Translations under genes and position numbers: made by a program
The notes under the pieces: generated by a model
Database searches by the model: none
What the model was told of the DNA's origin: nothing
The model's input: only the letters and a program-made list of their open reading frames with translations
In this document: in pieces, positions 1 to 14,077 of the stretch
Numbering within the stretch: position 1 is the stretch's first letter
Layout of the letters: the number at the start of each line of letters is the position of its first letter
DNA from: Tubulanus polymorphus
Taxonomy: Eukaryota > Animalia > Nemertea
Assembly: GCF_964204645.1 (NCBI RefSeq)
Contig: NC_134030.1
Coordinates: forward strand, 14,006,656-14,070,655
DNA: 64,000 nt
Reading direction: 5' to 3'

Positions 1-3000
1 TAGGTATTTGAAGATACCATGACACGCTTTATTGTGAATTATTCTAGACGGAGGTTGTTTTTCTACAATCATCTCCTTTGAGATGACTGGTTCTCGAAGA
101 TTTATGTTTAACACTATTCTCTGAATCATATTATTCTAAGGGTCATTTTTATATAATCATCTCGATTAAACTGACTGTGGTTATTGGAAATAACATATAT
201 TGAGAATGACTATTCTGCGAGTCATTCTACACAATGTGTCGTTGCATATTCTTCTCAAATAAAGTGACTCCGGTTATGGTAATTAATATTTGCACACCTT
301 TACTGAGATTCAATCTATAGTAGGAGCCATTTTTATACTCATCTGAAATAGACTGACTTTGATTTTGAAGATAAATATTTATACACTATTCTGAAATTAA
401 TTCTATGGTAGAACACATCCTTATACTTATCTCAAATAGACTGACTTTGGTTTTTGGTGATTAATATTCGCACACTTTACTGAGATTCAATCTACAGGAG
501 GAGTAGTTTTTATATTCATCTCAAATAGACTGTTTTCTTTAAAGATTGTAACTTATACACTATAATTGAATTCATTCTATGGAAGGACACATTCTTATAC
601 AACTTATCTTCTTATACTTATCTCAAATAGGTCTAGATTGACTTTGGTTTTTGATGATCAATATTTATACACTACAGCTACAGTTTAACTCAAATAGACT
701 GGTTTTTTATGATTAATATTTATACAGAAGGAAAAAAGACAATCTATAGTAGGAGTCGTTTTTACACTTATTTCAAATAGACTGACTTTGGTTTTAAAGA
801 TAAATATTTATACGCTATACTGAAATTAATTAATTCTATGGTTGGACACATTCTTATACTAATCTCAAATAGACTGTTTTTTTTTTAAGATTATAACTAA
901 TACACTATAATTGAATCCATTCCATGGTAGGACACATTCTTATACTTATATTAAAAAGGCCTAGATTGACTTTGGTTTTTGATGATCCATATTTATACAC
1001 TATCAAAAGACTAAATCTATAGTAGGAGTCGTTTCTATACATATCTCAACTAGACTGAGTTTGGTATTTTATAGTTAATATTTATACACTATGAAAAAGG
1101 TCATTTTATATACTCATCTCAAATGGTCTGAATTTGGTTTCTGGAGAGTAAAACATGACACACTATACTGTGAAGTAGGGGTCAGTTGATTAATAATCAT
1201 CTCAAAAGGACTGACTTGGTTTTAAATAGTAATATACATGTAGAAATACTACACTTGGAATTATTTTATAGTAGGGGTCATTTTTATATACAATGTATAC
1301 TCATACCAACTTTGGTTTTTGAAGAGTAATATTTCTATAGGAATACTTTACTGCCAGTCGTTCTACATTAAGATACATAATTTATATAGAAATATTGTGA
1401 ATCGTTATACGGAAGGGTTTATGTGTAGAAACAAAAGCCAGGGAATATGACCGTTTTATGACTTAAAATCACCTGCTTAGCCCAGGCTCATGATAGCTGG
1501 TGAATCGGTGACAATCTTCTGGTCAAAAATGAGAAGTAGTACGTAAATGGTCGATATCCAATTGGTCAAAAAAACCGAGGGCTCAATAAGGATACTGTAA
1601 TGACTTACCAAATTTTTACTGACACCTTTTACTTCAAATTTACATCTTGAAAATAAAGACAAATCCTTTGCGCAAACTATTCGTTTCGATCTCCTCCTTG
1701 TTGTTCACTCTGAAAATAACCAAATTACTGATTAGGCACAGGCCTAAATGATAAGAATTTACAAAGATAACAAAGAAATTAACAAAATTGCATAGACTGG
1801 GGCATCAATGTCCTAAATATAAAATAGACTGAATTTGCTGCTTGAAGATACCTATTTATATAGAAATACTATATTTACATTTATTCTATACAAGGTGTCA
1901 CCTTTATGTGCTCATCACAAACAGACTGACTTAGGTATTTGAAGATACCATGACACGCTTTATTGTGAATTATTCTACACGGAGGTTGTTTTTCTGCAAT
2001 CATCTCCTTTGAGATGACTCTGGTTCTTGAAGATTTATGTTTAACACTATTCTCTGGATCATATTATTCTAAGGGTCATTTTTTATAATCATCTCAATTG
2101 AACTGTGGTTTTTGGTAATTAATATTCGCACACTTTACTGAGATTCAATCTAAGGAGTAGTTTTTATAGTACACTATAATTGAATTCATTCCATGCTAGG
2201 ACACATTCTTATACTTATCCCAAATAGGTCTGGATTGACTTTGGTTTTTGATGATTGATACTTATACAGCATGAAAAAGACTTAATCTATAGTAGGAGTC
2301 GTTTTTACAATTATCTCAAATAGACTGACTTTGGTTTTAAAGATAAATATTTATACACAATACTGAAATTAATTAATTCTATGATTGGACACATTCTTAT
2401 ACTAATCTCAAATAAACTGTTTTTTAAAGATTATAACTTATACACTATAATTGAATCCATTCCATGGTAGGACACATTCTTATACTTATCTTATATAGGC
2501 CTAGATTGACTTTGGCTTTAGATAATTAACATTTATACAATATTAAAAAGACTAAGTCCATAGTAGGAGTCGTTTCTATACTCAACTCAAATAAACTGAC
2601 TTTGGTTTTTGATGATTAATATTTATACACAATAAAAAGGCTTAATCGATAGTAGTAGTCGTTTCTATACTCATCTCAAATAAACTGATTTCGGTTTTTG
2701 ATAACTAATATTTATACACTTTTTAAAAAAGCTTATTCTATAGTAGGAGTCGTTTCTATAATACCTAACTCAAATAAACCGATTTTGGTTTTTGATAACT
2801 AATATTTATTTATTCAGTTTAAACACTTCTCTAAAAGAAGGATTCGTTTCCATACTCATCTGAAATAAACTGTCTTTGGTTTTTGATAATTAGTATTCAT
2901 ACACTATACAAAAGACTTAATCTATGGAAGCAGTCGTTTCTATACTCATCTCAAATAAACTGACTGTTGGTTTTTGATAACTAATATTTATACACTATAA

Positions 3001-6000
3001 AAAACTTAATCTATAATAGGAGTCATTTCTATACTCATCTTACATAGACTGATTTTCGTTTTTGATGACTTAGGCCTATAGTTATACACTATAAAAAGGG
3101 TTAATCTATAGTAGGAGTTGTTTCTATACTCATCTCAAATAAACTGACTTTAGTTTTTGATAACTAATAGACACAATGAAAAAGCTTGCTCTATAGTAGG
3201 AGTCGTTTCTATACTAATCTCAAATAAACTGACTTTTGGTTTTTGATGACTAATAGACACAATAAAGAGGCTTAATCTATAGGAGTAGTTGTTTCTATTC
3301 TCATCTCAAATAAACTGACTGTTGGTTTTTGATAACTAATATTTATACCCTATAAAAAAGCTTAATCTATAATAGGAGTCGTATCTATAATCATCTCGCA
3401 TAGACTGATTTTCGTTTTTGATGACTTAGGCCTATAGTTATACACTATAAAAAGCTTAATCTATAGTATGAGTTGTTTCTATACTCATGTCAAATACACT
3501 TATTTGGTTTTTTATGACAAATATTTATACACTATAAAAAGGCTTAATCTATAGTAGGAGTTGTTTCTATACTCATCTCAAATAAACTGACTTTAGTTTT
3601 TGATGACTAATAGACACAATAAAGAGGTTTAATCTATAGAAAGAATCGTTCCTATACTCATGTCAAATACACTGATTTGGTTCTTGATGACAAATAGTTA
3701 AACACTATAAAAAGGCTTAATCTATAGTAGTTGTTGTTTCTATACATATCTCAAATAAACTGACTGCTGGATTTGAAAACTAATATCTATTCACTATAAA
3801 AAAGCTTAATCTACAGTAGGAGTCATTTCTATACTCATCTCAAATAGACTGATATTGGTTTTTGATAATTCACGCTTATACACTATTAAAAGACTTAATC
3901 TATAGTAGGAGTTGTTTCTATACTCATCTAAAATAAACTGACTTTGGATTTCGATATCGAATACTTATATACTATAAAAATACCTAATCTATAGTAGGAG
4001 TTGTTTCTATACTCATCTCAAAAAAACTGACTATGGCTTTTTATTATTAATATTCAACACTATAATCAAGCTTAATCTATAGAAGGAGACGCTTCTATAC
4101 TCATCTCAAATAAACTGACTTTTAGTTTTTGATGACTAATAGACACAATTAAGAGGCTTAATCTATAGTTGTAGTTGTTTCTATACTCATCTCAAATAAA
4201 CTGACTTTAGTTTTTGATGACTAATAGACACAATGAAAAAGCTTACTCCATAGTAGGAGTCGTTTCTATACTAATCTCAAATAAACTGACTTATGGTTTT
4301 TTGATAGACACAATAAAGAGGCTTAATCTATAGGAGTAGTTGTTTCTATTATCATCTCAAATAAAATGACTGTTGGTTTTCGATAATTAATATTTATACA
4401 CTATAAAAAAGCTTAATCTATAGAAAGAATCGTTCCTTTACTCATGTCAAATACACTGATTTGGTTTTTGATGACAAATAGTTATACACTATAAAAAGGC
4501 TTAATCTATAGCAGGAGTTGTTTCTATACATATCTCAAATACCGGTACGGTAAACTGACTGCTGGTTTTGATAACTAATATTTATTCACTATAAAAAAGC
4601 TTAATCTATAGTAGGAGTCATTTCTACACTCATCTCAAATAGACTGATTTTGGTTTTTGATAATTAATACTTATACACTATTAAAAGACTAACTCTATAG
4701 TAGGAGTCGCTTCTATACTCATCTCAAATAGACTGATTTTGGTTTTTGATAATTAATACTTATACACTATTAAAAGACTTACTCTATAGTAGGAGTCGTT
4801 TCTATACTAATCTCAAATAAACTGACCGTTGGTTTTCGATAATCAATATTTATACACTATAAAAAAGCTTAATCTATAGAAAGAGTCGTTTCTATACTCA
4901 TGTAAAATACACTGAATTGGTTTTCGATGACAAATAGTTATACACTATAAAAAGGCTTAATCTATAGTAGGAGTTGTTTCTTTACATATCTCAAATAAAC
5001 TGACTGCTGGTTTTGATAACTAATATTTATACACTATAAAAAAGCTTAATCTATAGTAGGAGTCGTTTCTATACTCATCTCAAATAGACTGATTTTGGTT
5101 TTTGATAATTAATACTTATACACTATTAAAAGACTTACTCTATAGTAGGAGTCGTTTCTATACTCATCTCAAATAGACTGATTTTGGTTTTTAATAATTA
5201 ATACTTATACACTATTAAAAGACTTACTCTATAGTAGGAGTCGTTTCTATACTAATCTCAAATAAACTGACTGTTGGTTTTCGATAATCAATATTTATAT
5301 GCTATAAAAAAGCTTAATCTATAGAAAGAGTCGTTTCTATACTCATGTAAAATACACTGATTAGGTTTTCGATGACAAATAGTTATACACTATAAAAAGG
5401 CTTAATCTATAGTAGGAGTTGTTTCTTTACATATCTCAAATAAACTGACTGCTGGTTTTGATAACTAATATTTATACACTATAAAAAAGCTTAATCTATA
5501 GTAGGAGTCGTTTCTATACTCATCTCAAATAGACTGATTTTGGTTTTCGATAATGAATACCTATACACTATTAAAAGACTTAATCTATAGTAGGAGTTGT
5601 TTCTATACTCATCTCAAATAAACTGACTGCTGGTTTTGATAACTAATATTTATACACTATAAAAAAGCTTAATCTATAGTAGGAGTCGTTTCTATACTCA
5701 TCTCAAATAAACTGAGTATGGCTTTTTATAATTAATACTTATACACTATAAAGCGCTTTATCTATAGTAGGAGTTGTTTATATACATATCTCAAATAGAC
5801 TGACTGTTGGTTTTTGATAACTAATATTTATACACTATAAAAAAGCTTAATCTATAGTAGGAGTCGTTTCTATACTCATCTCAAATAGACTGATTTTGGT
5901 TTTTGATAATTAATACTTATACACTATTAAAAGACTTACTCTATAGTAGGAGTCGTTTCTATACTAATCTCAAATAAACTGACTGTTGGTTTTCGATAAT

Positions 6001-6637
6001 CAATATTTATATGCTATAAAAAAGCTTAATCTATAGAAAGAGTCGTTTCTATACTCATGTAAAATACACTGATTAGGTTTTCGATGACAAATAGTTATAC
6101 ACTATAAAAAGGCTTAATCTATAGTAGGAGTTGTTTCTTTACATATCTCAAATAAACTGACTGCTGGTTTTGATAACTAATATTTATACACTATAAAAAA
6201 GCTTAATCTATAGTAGGAGTCGTTTCTATACTCATCTCAAATAGACTGATTTTGGTTTTCGATAATGAATACTTATACACTATTAAAAGACTTAATCTAT
6301 AGTAGGAGTTGTTTCTATACTCATCTCAAATAAACTGACTGCTGGTTTTGATAACTAATATTTATACACTATAAAAAAGCTTAATCTATAGTAGGAGTTG
6401 TTTCTATACTCATCTCAAATAAACTGAGTATGGCTTTTTATAATTAATACTTATACACTATAAAGCGCTTTATCTATAGTAGGAGTTGTTTATATACATA
6501 TCTCAAATAGACTGACTGTTGGTTTTTGATAACTAATATTTATACACTACAAAAAAGCTTAATCTATAGTAGGAGTTCTTTCTAATCTCATTTCAAATAA
6601 ACTGACTTTGGTTTTTTATAATTAATACTTATACACT
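1..6637. repeat. ~89-bp AT-rich tandem satellite (runs off left edge)
   Basis: Monomer ~ATTTATACACTATAAAAAAGCTTAATCTATAGTAGGAGTCGTTTCTATACTCATCTCAAATARACTGACT(G/T)TTGGTTTTTGATAACTAAT. CAAATA recurs at 5081, 5170 and 5259 (period 89). Degenerate at the left, homogeneous at the right. Remnants at ~7115-7205 and ~7422-7440. Confidence 0.95.
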
Positions 6638-7204
6638 CACAGGGGTTTGGCGATGGGCTTGAATTTTATTTCCGGGTTGTTGATAATCTCGCGAGAATGG
6701 CGCTAAATATGAACTGCGAATAAATTCAAAATATCACGGAAATACCTTGTGTTTATCTTGTTTATTTATACGCTATAAAGTTTCGATAAACAATTGGTTG
6801 TTAAGAATCATTATCAGACGGTCGTCACGCTTTACTATATAAAATCACAAGGGATGAAACACATGGCTAATTAGCATACCCAGGTCATTCATCCGATTTG
6901 AGAAAAAGCTATTTTTCCTTGACTTTGCACAATTGTCAATTATATTTCTGTAGTGCAAATAAAAATTCCTTCACAGGGGTTGGAGAATGGATAATGCTCT
7001 AATGAATGATTTGTATGAATATATGCTCAGTTGCACAAAGAGCCTTTCATCTGGAAACCATGTCATTTAAATTCGCTCCATTTGTTTAGTAATAGACTCA
7101 GCCTATGGCTGGCCTAAAAAAGACTTAATCTCGAAGGAGTCGCTTCTACACTCATCTCAAATAAACTGACTAATGGTTTTTGATAATTAATATTCAAACA
7201 CTAT

Positions 7205-8580
7205 AACTAGGGGTCCAGGGACACCATGTCCACTTAGAAAGTGGTTTCAATTGCTCAACTATCTAACAATTTCAATATTCAACACCCCCTGGTGACCATA
7301 TTCAAAAACCAATTACCTCAAAACTCACCAATCATAGAACATGTCAGCAGCTACGATTTTGTAATCGATTGTGATAACAAAATAAGCCTCATTACCAATC
7401 TACTAGGCCTATGGAAATACTAGGAGTCATTTCTATACTAGTATAAAATGCGTATAACTAAAAAAAAACTTAAAGACTCAGTAACGACTTACCTATTTCA
7501 TGGCTGACAACTTTCACGTCGAAATTGTGTTTTGGGAGAGGTGACAAGACCTTTTCCCTTCCGATCTTTTTGATCTCTTCATTGTTCATTCTGAAAATGT
7601 AAAAAAAATTGATTTAGCATAGGCGCCTTAATGATAACGATGGAAATTACAAAATTGCATAGAGCTTGATGATGGTCAATCATCATATAGGCCTACATGT
7701 AGGCCTACCAATATAGGCCGAAGTGCACAACATTGTTCATACAGAAGGAAATCAAATGAGACTTCCTCATAGTTACTTATCAAACTGCCAGAGCCATGAG
7801 AGCAGATACTGTGCTTAATTGAAACCATAATCTTAGAACATGTCACAAGCTTACAATTTAACAATTGATTGTGGAAACAAAATTGTGATCGAAATTCAAC
7901 AGATGTCATTTTCAAGACTGATGACACTTAAGATGGTGGCCAATTGCACGATAATTGACTGATTGCAAAAGCGCTCTAGGCCTAATATGATCTCTTCTCA
8001 AAGAATATCCATTACGGTGCAGATTCTAATAAAAAATGCAAAACCACTAGGAAGCTGCTGTCTCAGCATTCAGAGCAAAATTGACCTTTTTGGGCAAATG
8101 ACCACCACCACACATCCACTCGACTCAATTTGCCTTATGCTGATGGGCCTTGGGGGGATACAATTATCGCTGAAAGATTAAGACAAACGATGAATCGATT
8201 TCAACATTTGCCTTGAAAACATCAAAAATGTTTAAAAAGTGCTGATTTCAGTGAACAAAATGGCCACCAGTTGGCCATCTTGTTTCTGACCGTGCCAATT
8301 TTTTCGACTGAAGATGTATCTACGGTAGGCCTAGATGCATGTTGAATTTCAATTCCTAAACGATCAATTGAAACTTCTTCCAATTCTTAAATAGCTGGAG
8401 TCCAACTATTGACCCGCATAGGCCTAAGCACAAACGAAAACTTTAAGTGAACGCAATAAACTCAAGTCCAAGTGGTCTAAAAACTACTGAAAAGTGCGGA
8501 TTTCGGCAAACAACAATGGCTGCCAGTCGCCCATCTTGAATATGATCGGGCCAGTTTTTAGGCTGCAGATGGTGTCGGTT
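7205..8580 (-). mobile_element. Fragmented HINE/DINE-1-like (Helentron non-autonomous) element, same family as 60030-61308
   Basis: 7205-7390 is the reverse complement of the 3' end of the 60030-61308 element (AACTAGGGGTCCAGGGACACCATG...). Further similar fragments lie at ~7780-8580. Right boundary approximate. Confidence 0.6.
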
Positions 8581-8669
8581 CAACTCCGGATTAGGTCAAT
8601 ATAGTTATGTCATGGTGGGTTTTCTTTTATGAAGTGAGTGGTTCGGTTCCTGATTTTCGAACGATTCTG

Positions 8670-9185
8670 CTCCTCGACAATGTCTACAATCTAATTGTCG
8701 ACCGATTCTACCTGTCGACCAATTCTACTGTCGACAATGTCTACAATCTGATTGTCGACCAATTCTAGCCTATCCGTCGACAATGTCTACAATCTGACTG
8801 TCGTCCGATTCTACTCATCGACAATGTCAACAATCCTGATTGACTGTTAATCAAATGATTGCAGACAGTGTTGACGAGTAGAATTGGTCGACAAATTTTG
8901 GCTGATTCTACTCATCGACATTGTCTACAATCCTGATTCTTACCAATTCTTCTCGTCGACACTCTCTGCAATCCTGACTGTAAATCAATTTCTGTGTGTA
9001 AGGCTGTGTGTGTGTGTGTGTGGATTAACCTTATAGGGTCTATAAAGTGGCTGGGATCGAGGGTCACCTACCTCCATCAGTTGATTTTCACAATCAGGGT
9101 TGTAAACATTGTCGACGAGTAGAATTGGTCGTCAATCAGGATTGTAGACATTTTCGTCGAGTACAATCAGTCACCAATCAGATTA
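8670..9185. repeat. ~37-bp GTCGAC-rich minisatellite present in both orientations around a (TG)n tract
   Basis: Unit TCGACAATGTCTACAATCTGATTGTCGACCAATTCTA repeated. Inverted copies at ~8855-8895 and ~9090-9185. (TG)n at ~9005-9022. Confidence 0.8.
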
Positions 9186-10124
9186 ATGAATAGACAAGAA
9201 CGAACAGCCGACAAACAGGATTTTAGAACTAGGCCTAGGGCTAGGCCTATTTAAGATAGACTTGACTTCGACTGTATTTCGATGATTATGCCTACCCAGA
9301 AAATTAAGTGATAGGCCTATAGGTATCCCAAAAAGATCACTGCCAATCGAAAACAAATAGACTTTAGGTTACAATAATGGGATCTGATACGGCAAGCAAC
9401 ATTGCGGCTTACTTGATAGCCGGTACCCACTCTCTCACTCTCTTCTCTACTTTACTAGATAGAATTAGATTGAGGATAATCTCTTCTTCTAACCAAAAAA
9501 GGCCTCGGCGAATTCGGCCCTAAATGGGGAATAATTGCTTTCTCAAGGTACCACGGACCACCGGTTCGGATGAAAGACGTTTTTACATTACATGAATAAG
9601 AAGAGACACTTCTAACCTACCTGCGATTAGGCCTACCAACGAAATTTAGCAAAATTCAAGGAGAACAGCTGCCGCCATTATCAACGGTTTGGTGATCAAT
9701 TCAATTCAATTCACCGGCTCTGATTCGAGTTATCCGACTTCGTTCTTAGGTGCTACATTTTCTTCACACCGCTTTGTTGGAAAACGTAGATCGCTGTAGG
9801 GTAATTTAGCCGCTGAAAACTTTTTAGAACTGCGTGAGTGACAGCTTAATTTTAGAACTATTTTCATAGCGCATGACGACCTACTAGAGTAGTGCGCCGC
9901 CAAGTTCGAGATTCGGCCGCTAGAGGCACCACCGTACGATGCGATGTATATATTTTCGGTATGAAACTCGATTACGCGAACTACCCTAAAACGAATCTGC
10001 CATCTATCTTAAGATGATTTAAGTCAAAATCTGGTGCGCGTTCTTTTGGCTGACGCGCTATAAAAATCTGGCGCACAACAAAGGTTTTAAATTGAAAAAT
10101 AGCGCGTATCTCGGAAATATGAAA

Positions 10125-10125
<1 letters not shown>

Positions 10126-10160
<35 letters not shown>
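10126..10160. repeat. (TA)n microsatellite
   Basis: Direct dinucleotide run. Confidence 0.95.
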
Positions 10161-10163
<3 letters not shown>

Positions 10164-10207
10164 AATGAGTCCACACATTTACAATGGACAAAAATTTTCC
10201 ACAACTT

Positions 10208-11149
10208 TAAATGTTCCTATATTCAAATAATTAGCATATTTTTTATGTGAACTAATTGACACCACATTTGTGCTGTGTAATAATCCCAATAACCTTTATC
10301 AAAAATACATCATATACATGTTATATGGAGTATTAGACAAAAACATTAAGTCAAAAAGCAGTAAGTGAAAGAGAAAAAAGCATGTTGCACCCCCACCAAA
10401 AATATGTTTTGGTATTAAGTCCATTCAAGTCAAGCACTTATAAAATTAAAATTATAACCAGAAAATTATAGTTTAAGTAGGCTAGGCCAAGCAAAACTGG
10501 CAGCTTGTCAAAGCGGCATCATGGGGGGGGGGGGCGATGAAGCATCTGTCCCCCATAATTTTGGTTACGACCAAATCTTTGTAATGATCACCATTATATT
10601 GCGATTTCGCTGAAATGAAATGAAGTGGTTTGCCCCAATAATATCTGTAATTCCGGTGACGCGCGCCTGCATGTATTAGCCTATAGGCATACGATCATAT
10701 CGAAAAACAGTACATGAAGGCTTATTCGTACTGGTGTATATATGCTGTTTGCGAGGCCATATGTCTACACGACAAGTGCTTTCTTAACACAACACTCATC
10801 AGCTTATAAGTTATTATACTGTACTATAGGCCTAGATAGATAGAACAGAAAACAATTAACAAGACTAGAGTCAGAGAGACATTAAAATTACGGTAAAAGA
10901 TAAACATACCACCACTATATTCAGAGAACTTTTCCTTCCACCAGACGCACCACTTAGTTCTTGACTTCAATTCGTGTTCATTGATGAGTGCTGACACCGC
11001 CATAAAATCATGACAATCATGACAAGAACAAGACGGATCGGAAGATGAAGTTGAATCGTCCGCCATTTTAGGTACGTAGGCAAAGTCTAAATGTATAATT
11101 TGCAGACCGAAATGAAGGTGACTCCCAGCAATCTGAAATAGTCAGACCC
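10208..11149 (-). mobile_element. Partial copy of the MULE-like MITE at 40021-41150
   Basis: Reverse complement of ~40021-40580, ending in the TIR ...GAAATAGTCAGACCC (11149). Carries ~380 bp extra (~10391-10768) relative to the 40-kb copy. Confidence 0.85.
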
Positions 11150-11410
11150 GAATAATTCGATAGCTCTTCCTCATAAAGAAGAGAGAAATTTCGGAAAGAA
11201 AACACAACATGGCTACTAATTGAACGGGGCCAAATTTCCGATGTTTACGGCTCGACAGTGCCTTTATAACGTGGATTTATCAAAATTCCTATGCAGTATC
11301 TGGAGATTGAAGTGAGCTGAAGGATATCATACGGATTGTATCGGCGACAGCGGTAAGGTAAGGAAGCCTTTACACTTTTAACAAAAACTATGTGGAAAAG
11401 GGAAAAAAAT

Positions 11411-13413
11411 AAATATAGCTGCAAAGCAGCGATAACGGGTTTCTGCCTTGCTGGATTAAATTTTGTACAGGATGCGCGCAAAAATTTCACCGAGATCAGT
11501 TCAAAACGTTCCGCTATTTTGAAGGAGCACCACCTAGTAGGCCTAGGGGTCAGCTCATAACATTGATATGTTGATCCACATTGGCAACTACGCGCAAAGT
11601 ACCAATGTGCCATGTTCTAGGGAAACAGTATCGAGAATAACGGATATACGGTGTTTTCATCATCCCCTAGTGGCAGTTGTCTGAACTTATTTTGCCGGTC
11701 AGCGTACTATACATATGTATATGTACTGACACTAGGTTTTTTTTCATTTCTATAATAAAAGGACTGAATTACACATGGAAAATGGATGCTAGAATCAATT
11801 TTCGAAATTTACGCCCCCTAGTGGTTAGAATAGGAACTTATTATGTGAGGGGTCCGTTGTATCTCATATCCGGGTACACTTGTATGAATTTTCATAGAAA
11901 TCCCTTTATCCGCTTAGTAGATATGAATACAAATGCATTTCCAGCAACATGAAGGTGGCGCTCCTGGAGAACCATATAATTTACCTACTTAAACCATACA
12001 TCAATACAAGTATTTTGAAAAGAGCTACTAACCTCTCACATAGCATCCACAATTCTATCACCAACAGTTAAGGAGCTAGAAGCAAAAATCGTAGTTTTCA
12101 CAGCCCCCTGGTGCCAGTTGTATGAACTAATCTTGCAGGTTGGCATATTACACACATGCCTTTGTACTTATACCAAGTTTTGTAATTTACATAATAAACA
12201 GACTGCATTACATGCGAAAAATGTATGCTAAAATCGATTTTTCAAAATTTACGCCACCTAGTGTTAAAATAGGAACTAATAATGTGAGGGGTTCGTTGCA
12301 TTTAGTAACCAGGTACATGTGTATCAATTTTTATAGAAATCCATTGATACCCTTAGTCGATATAGATGAAAACGCGATTTTCCAGCGTCTTATAGGTGGC
12401 GCTACTGGAGAACCATATGAGTTACATAGTTATACCATACATTAATACAAGCGTCTTGTCAAGGGCTACTGATCACTCATTGCAACCACGATTCTATCTC
12501 CAACGGTTAAGGAGCTAGAAGCAAAAATCTCATTAAAAATATTTGGGGCCCATTTTCGAGCCCGTAGAGCCCAAACGGTTAATCGCAGATAGGGCGTGCC
12601 ACTCACTTTTTTAACCTCCGGACTGTTATGAACAACTTTCGTGCTCGCCCGAAGCTGAAAAGTCAAAGACAAAAAATTTTCTCACACAGTAACTTTTCGA
12701 TGTCAGAATTTTCAAATGTAAAACACCCCCTGGTGGGTGAACGGGGTCCCGATCTAAGATCCCCTCGACTTACCTCAAGGTACCTGAGTTCCGTACATCT
12801 CAGGAAAGTTTCAAGTAAATCCGTCAAGGAATATTGTAATGCTACCAGAATATAATCATCCATGCTCTCGCGTATAGCTGCATTAATTAGCTCTATACAG
12901 GGAAGATACTGCCAGGATGCTATTGCTTGTATAGGCGACACAAACAAGGCTAAATTCCTCAGTTGCGTTCACTCGAGACTGACCTCAATCAGTGCACCAC
13001 AATAGTAGAAGAGATAAAAATACTAAAAAAACTACTGATCTAGTACACCAGCTCTATCAATGCTTATAGGGACACTGACACAAACACACATACTGACGCG
13101 CTGTGGGAATGACACACAGGCAATACACATACGTAGATGGATACTGTTTGAATCGGGCTTAAATTTCGATGTTTAGAGGCTCACAGTGAGTAAACAGAGG
13201 CATTCTGATTAATATTATACGCAGTATTTGTCAATGCAGTGTAGTACTTGTGACACAGAATGGATTCACCGACAGTGAAAGTAAGTTGCAGTAGTTTATA
13301 TGCTTTCAGTAAGATCCAGTGTGAAAAAGAATATAATAATAATAATAATAACAATAATAATAATAATCAGCAGGAATACAATAGGGTTTCTGCGAAGGCA
13401 GCAGAAACCCTAA
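11411..13413 (-). mobile_element. Helentron-type non-autonomous element (HINE-like)
   Basis: One end is AATATAGCTGCAAAGCAGCGATAACGGGTTTCTG. The other end is (AAT)n plus the hairpin TAGGGTTTCTGC...GCAGAAACCCTA. Internal ~440-480-bp degenerate repeats. A second copy's terminus begins directly at ~13413. Confidence 0.65.
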
Positions 13414-14077
13414 ATATAGCTGCAAAGCAGCGATAACGGGTTTTCTGAGCAGGCGTGCTATTCATAGTTTGAAAAGTGGTTACGGAAACGACTCGTCAGC
13501 TTGATGAGTTGTATGTATTATGATTGTGCGCCACCTGCATCTTCCGAAATAATGTTCATATAATTATTTGAAGGGAGGATTGAAATCAATTATCAACGTA
13601 CATCTGAATATGTAATAGTCCTTAGTAACTTTCTGTTGCAGAGGGCATAGAAAAGATTTTGAAATTATTTAATTAAAATATAAATGTTATTAACGAAAAA
13701 TAAACTATTATGGTCAGTACAAATTGAAAATTCATAGTGTATTTTTAAGAACAAGCTTACATAGCTTACAGAATACATCACGTACATTTGAATTTTATAA
13801 GTGATGGGTAAAAATCAACGTGTGACAGAAAAAAATTTAGTTAATTATTTAACAATATCGAAATTTGTGCTCTCTTTTTAAACTAATGGAGTGATACGCA
13901 ATTAATCACATGGCCTGTATTAAAAGATAGAACATACAAGTTGGATATTTATAAGTCGAAACATGTGAACAGAAACTAAAACTTTGATGTCAGTGACCAG
14001 TATCGAATTACACAACGACAATTGGCTTTAAACTCAACAAACATTATTAAAGAATGTTTCAAACAAAATGCTTTATA

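Noticed and set aside
1-6637. CRISPR-like periodic array
   Set aside because: Whole monomers repeat with no unique spacers, the context is eukaryotic, and no cas genes are present.
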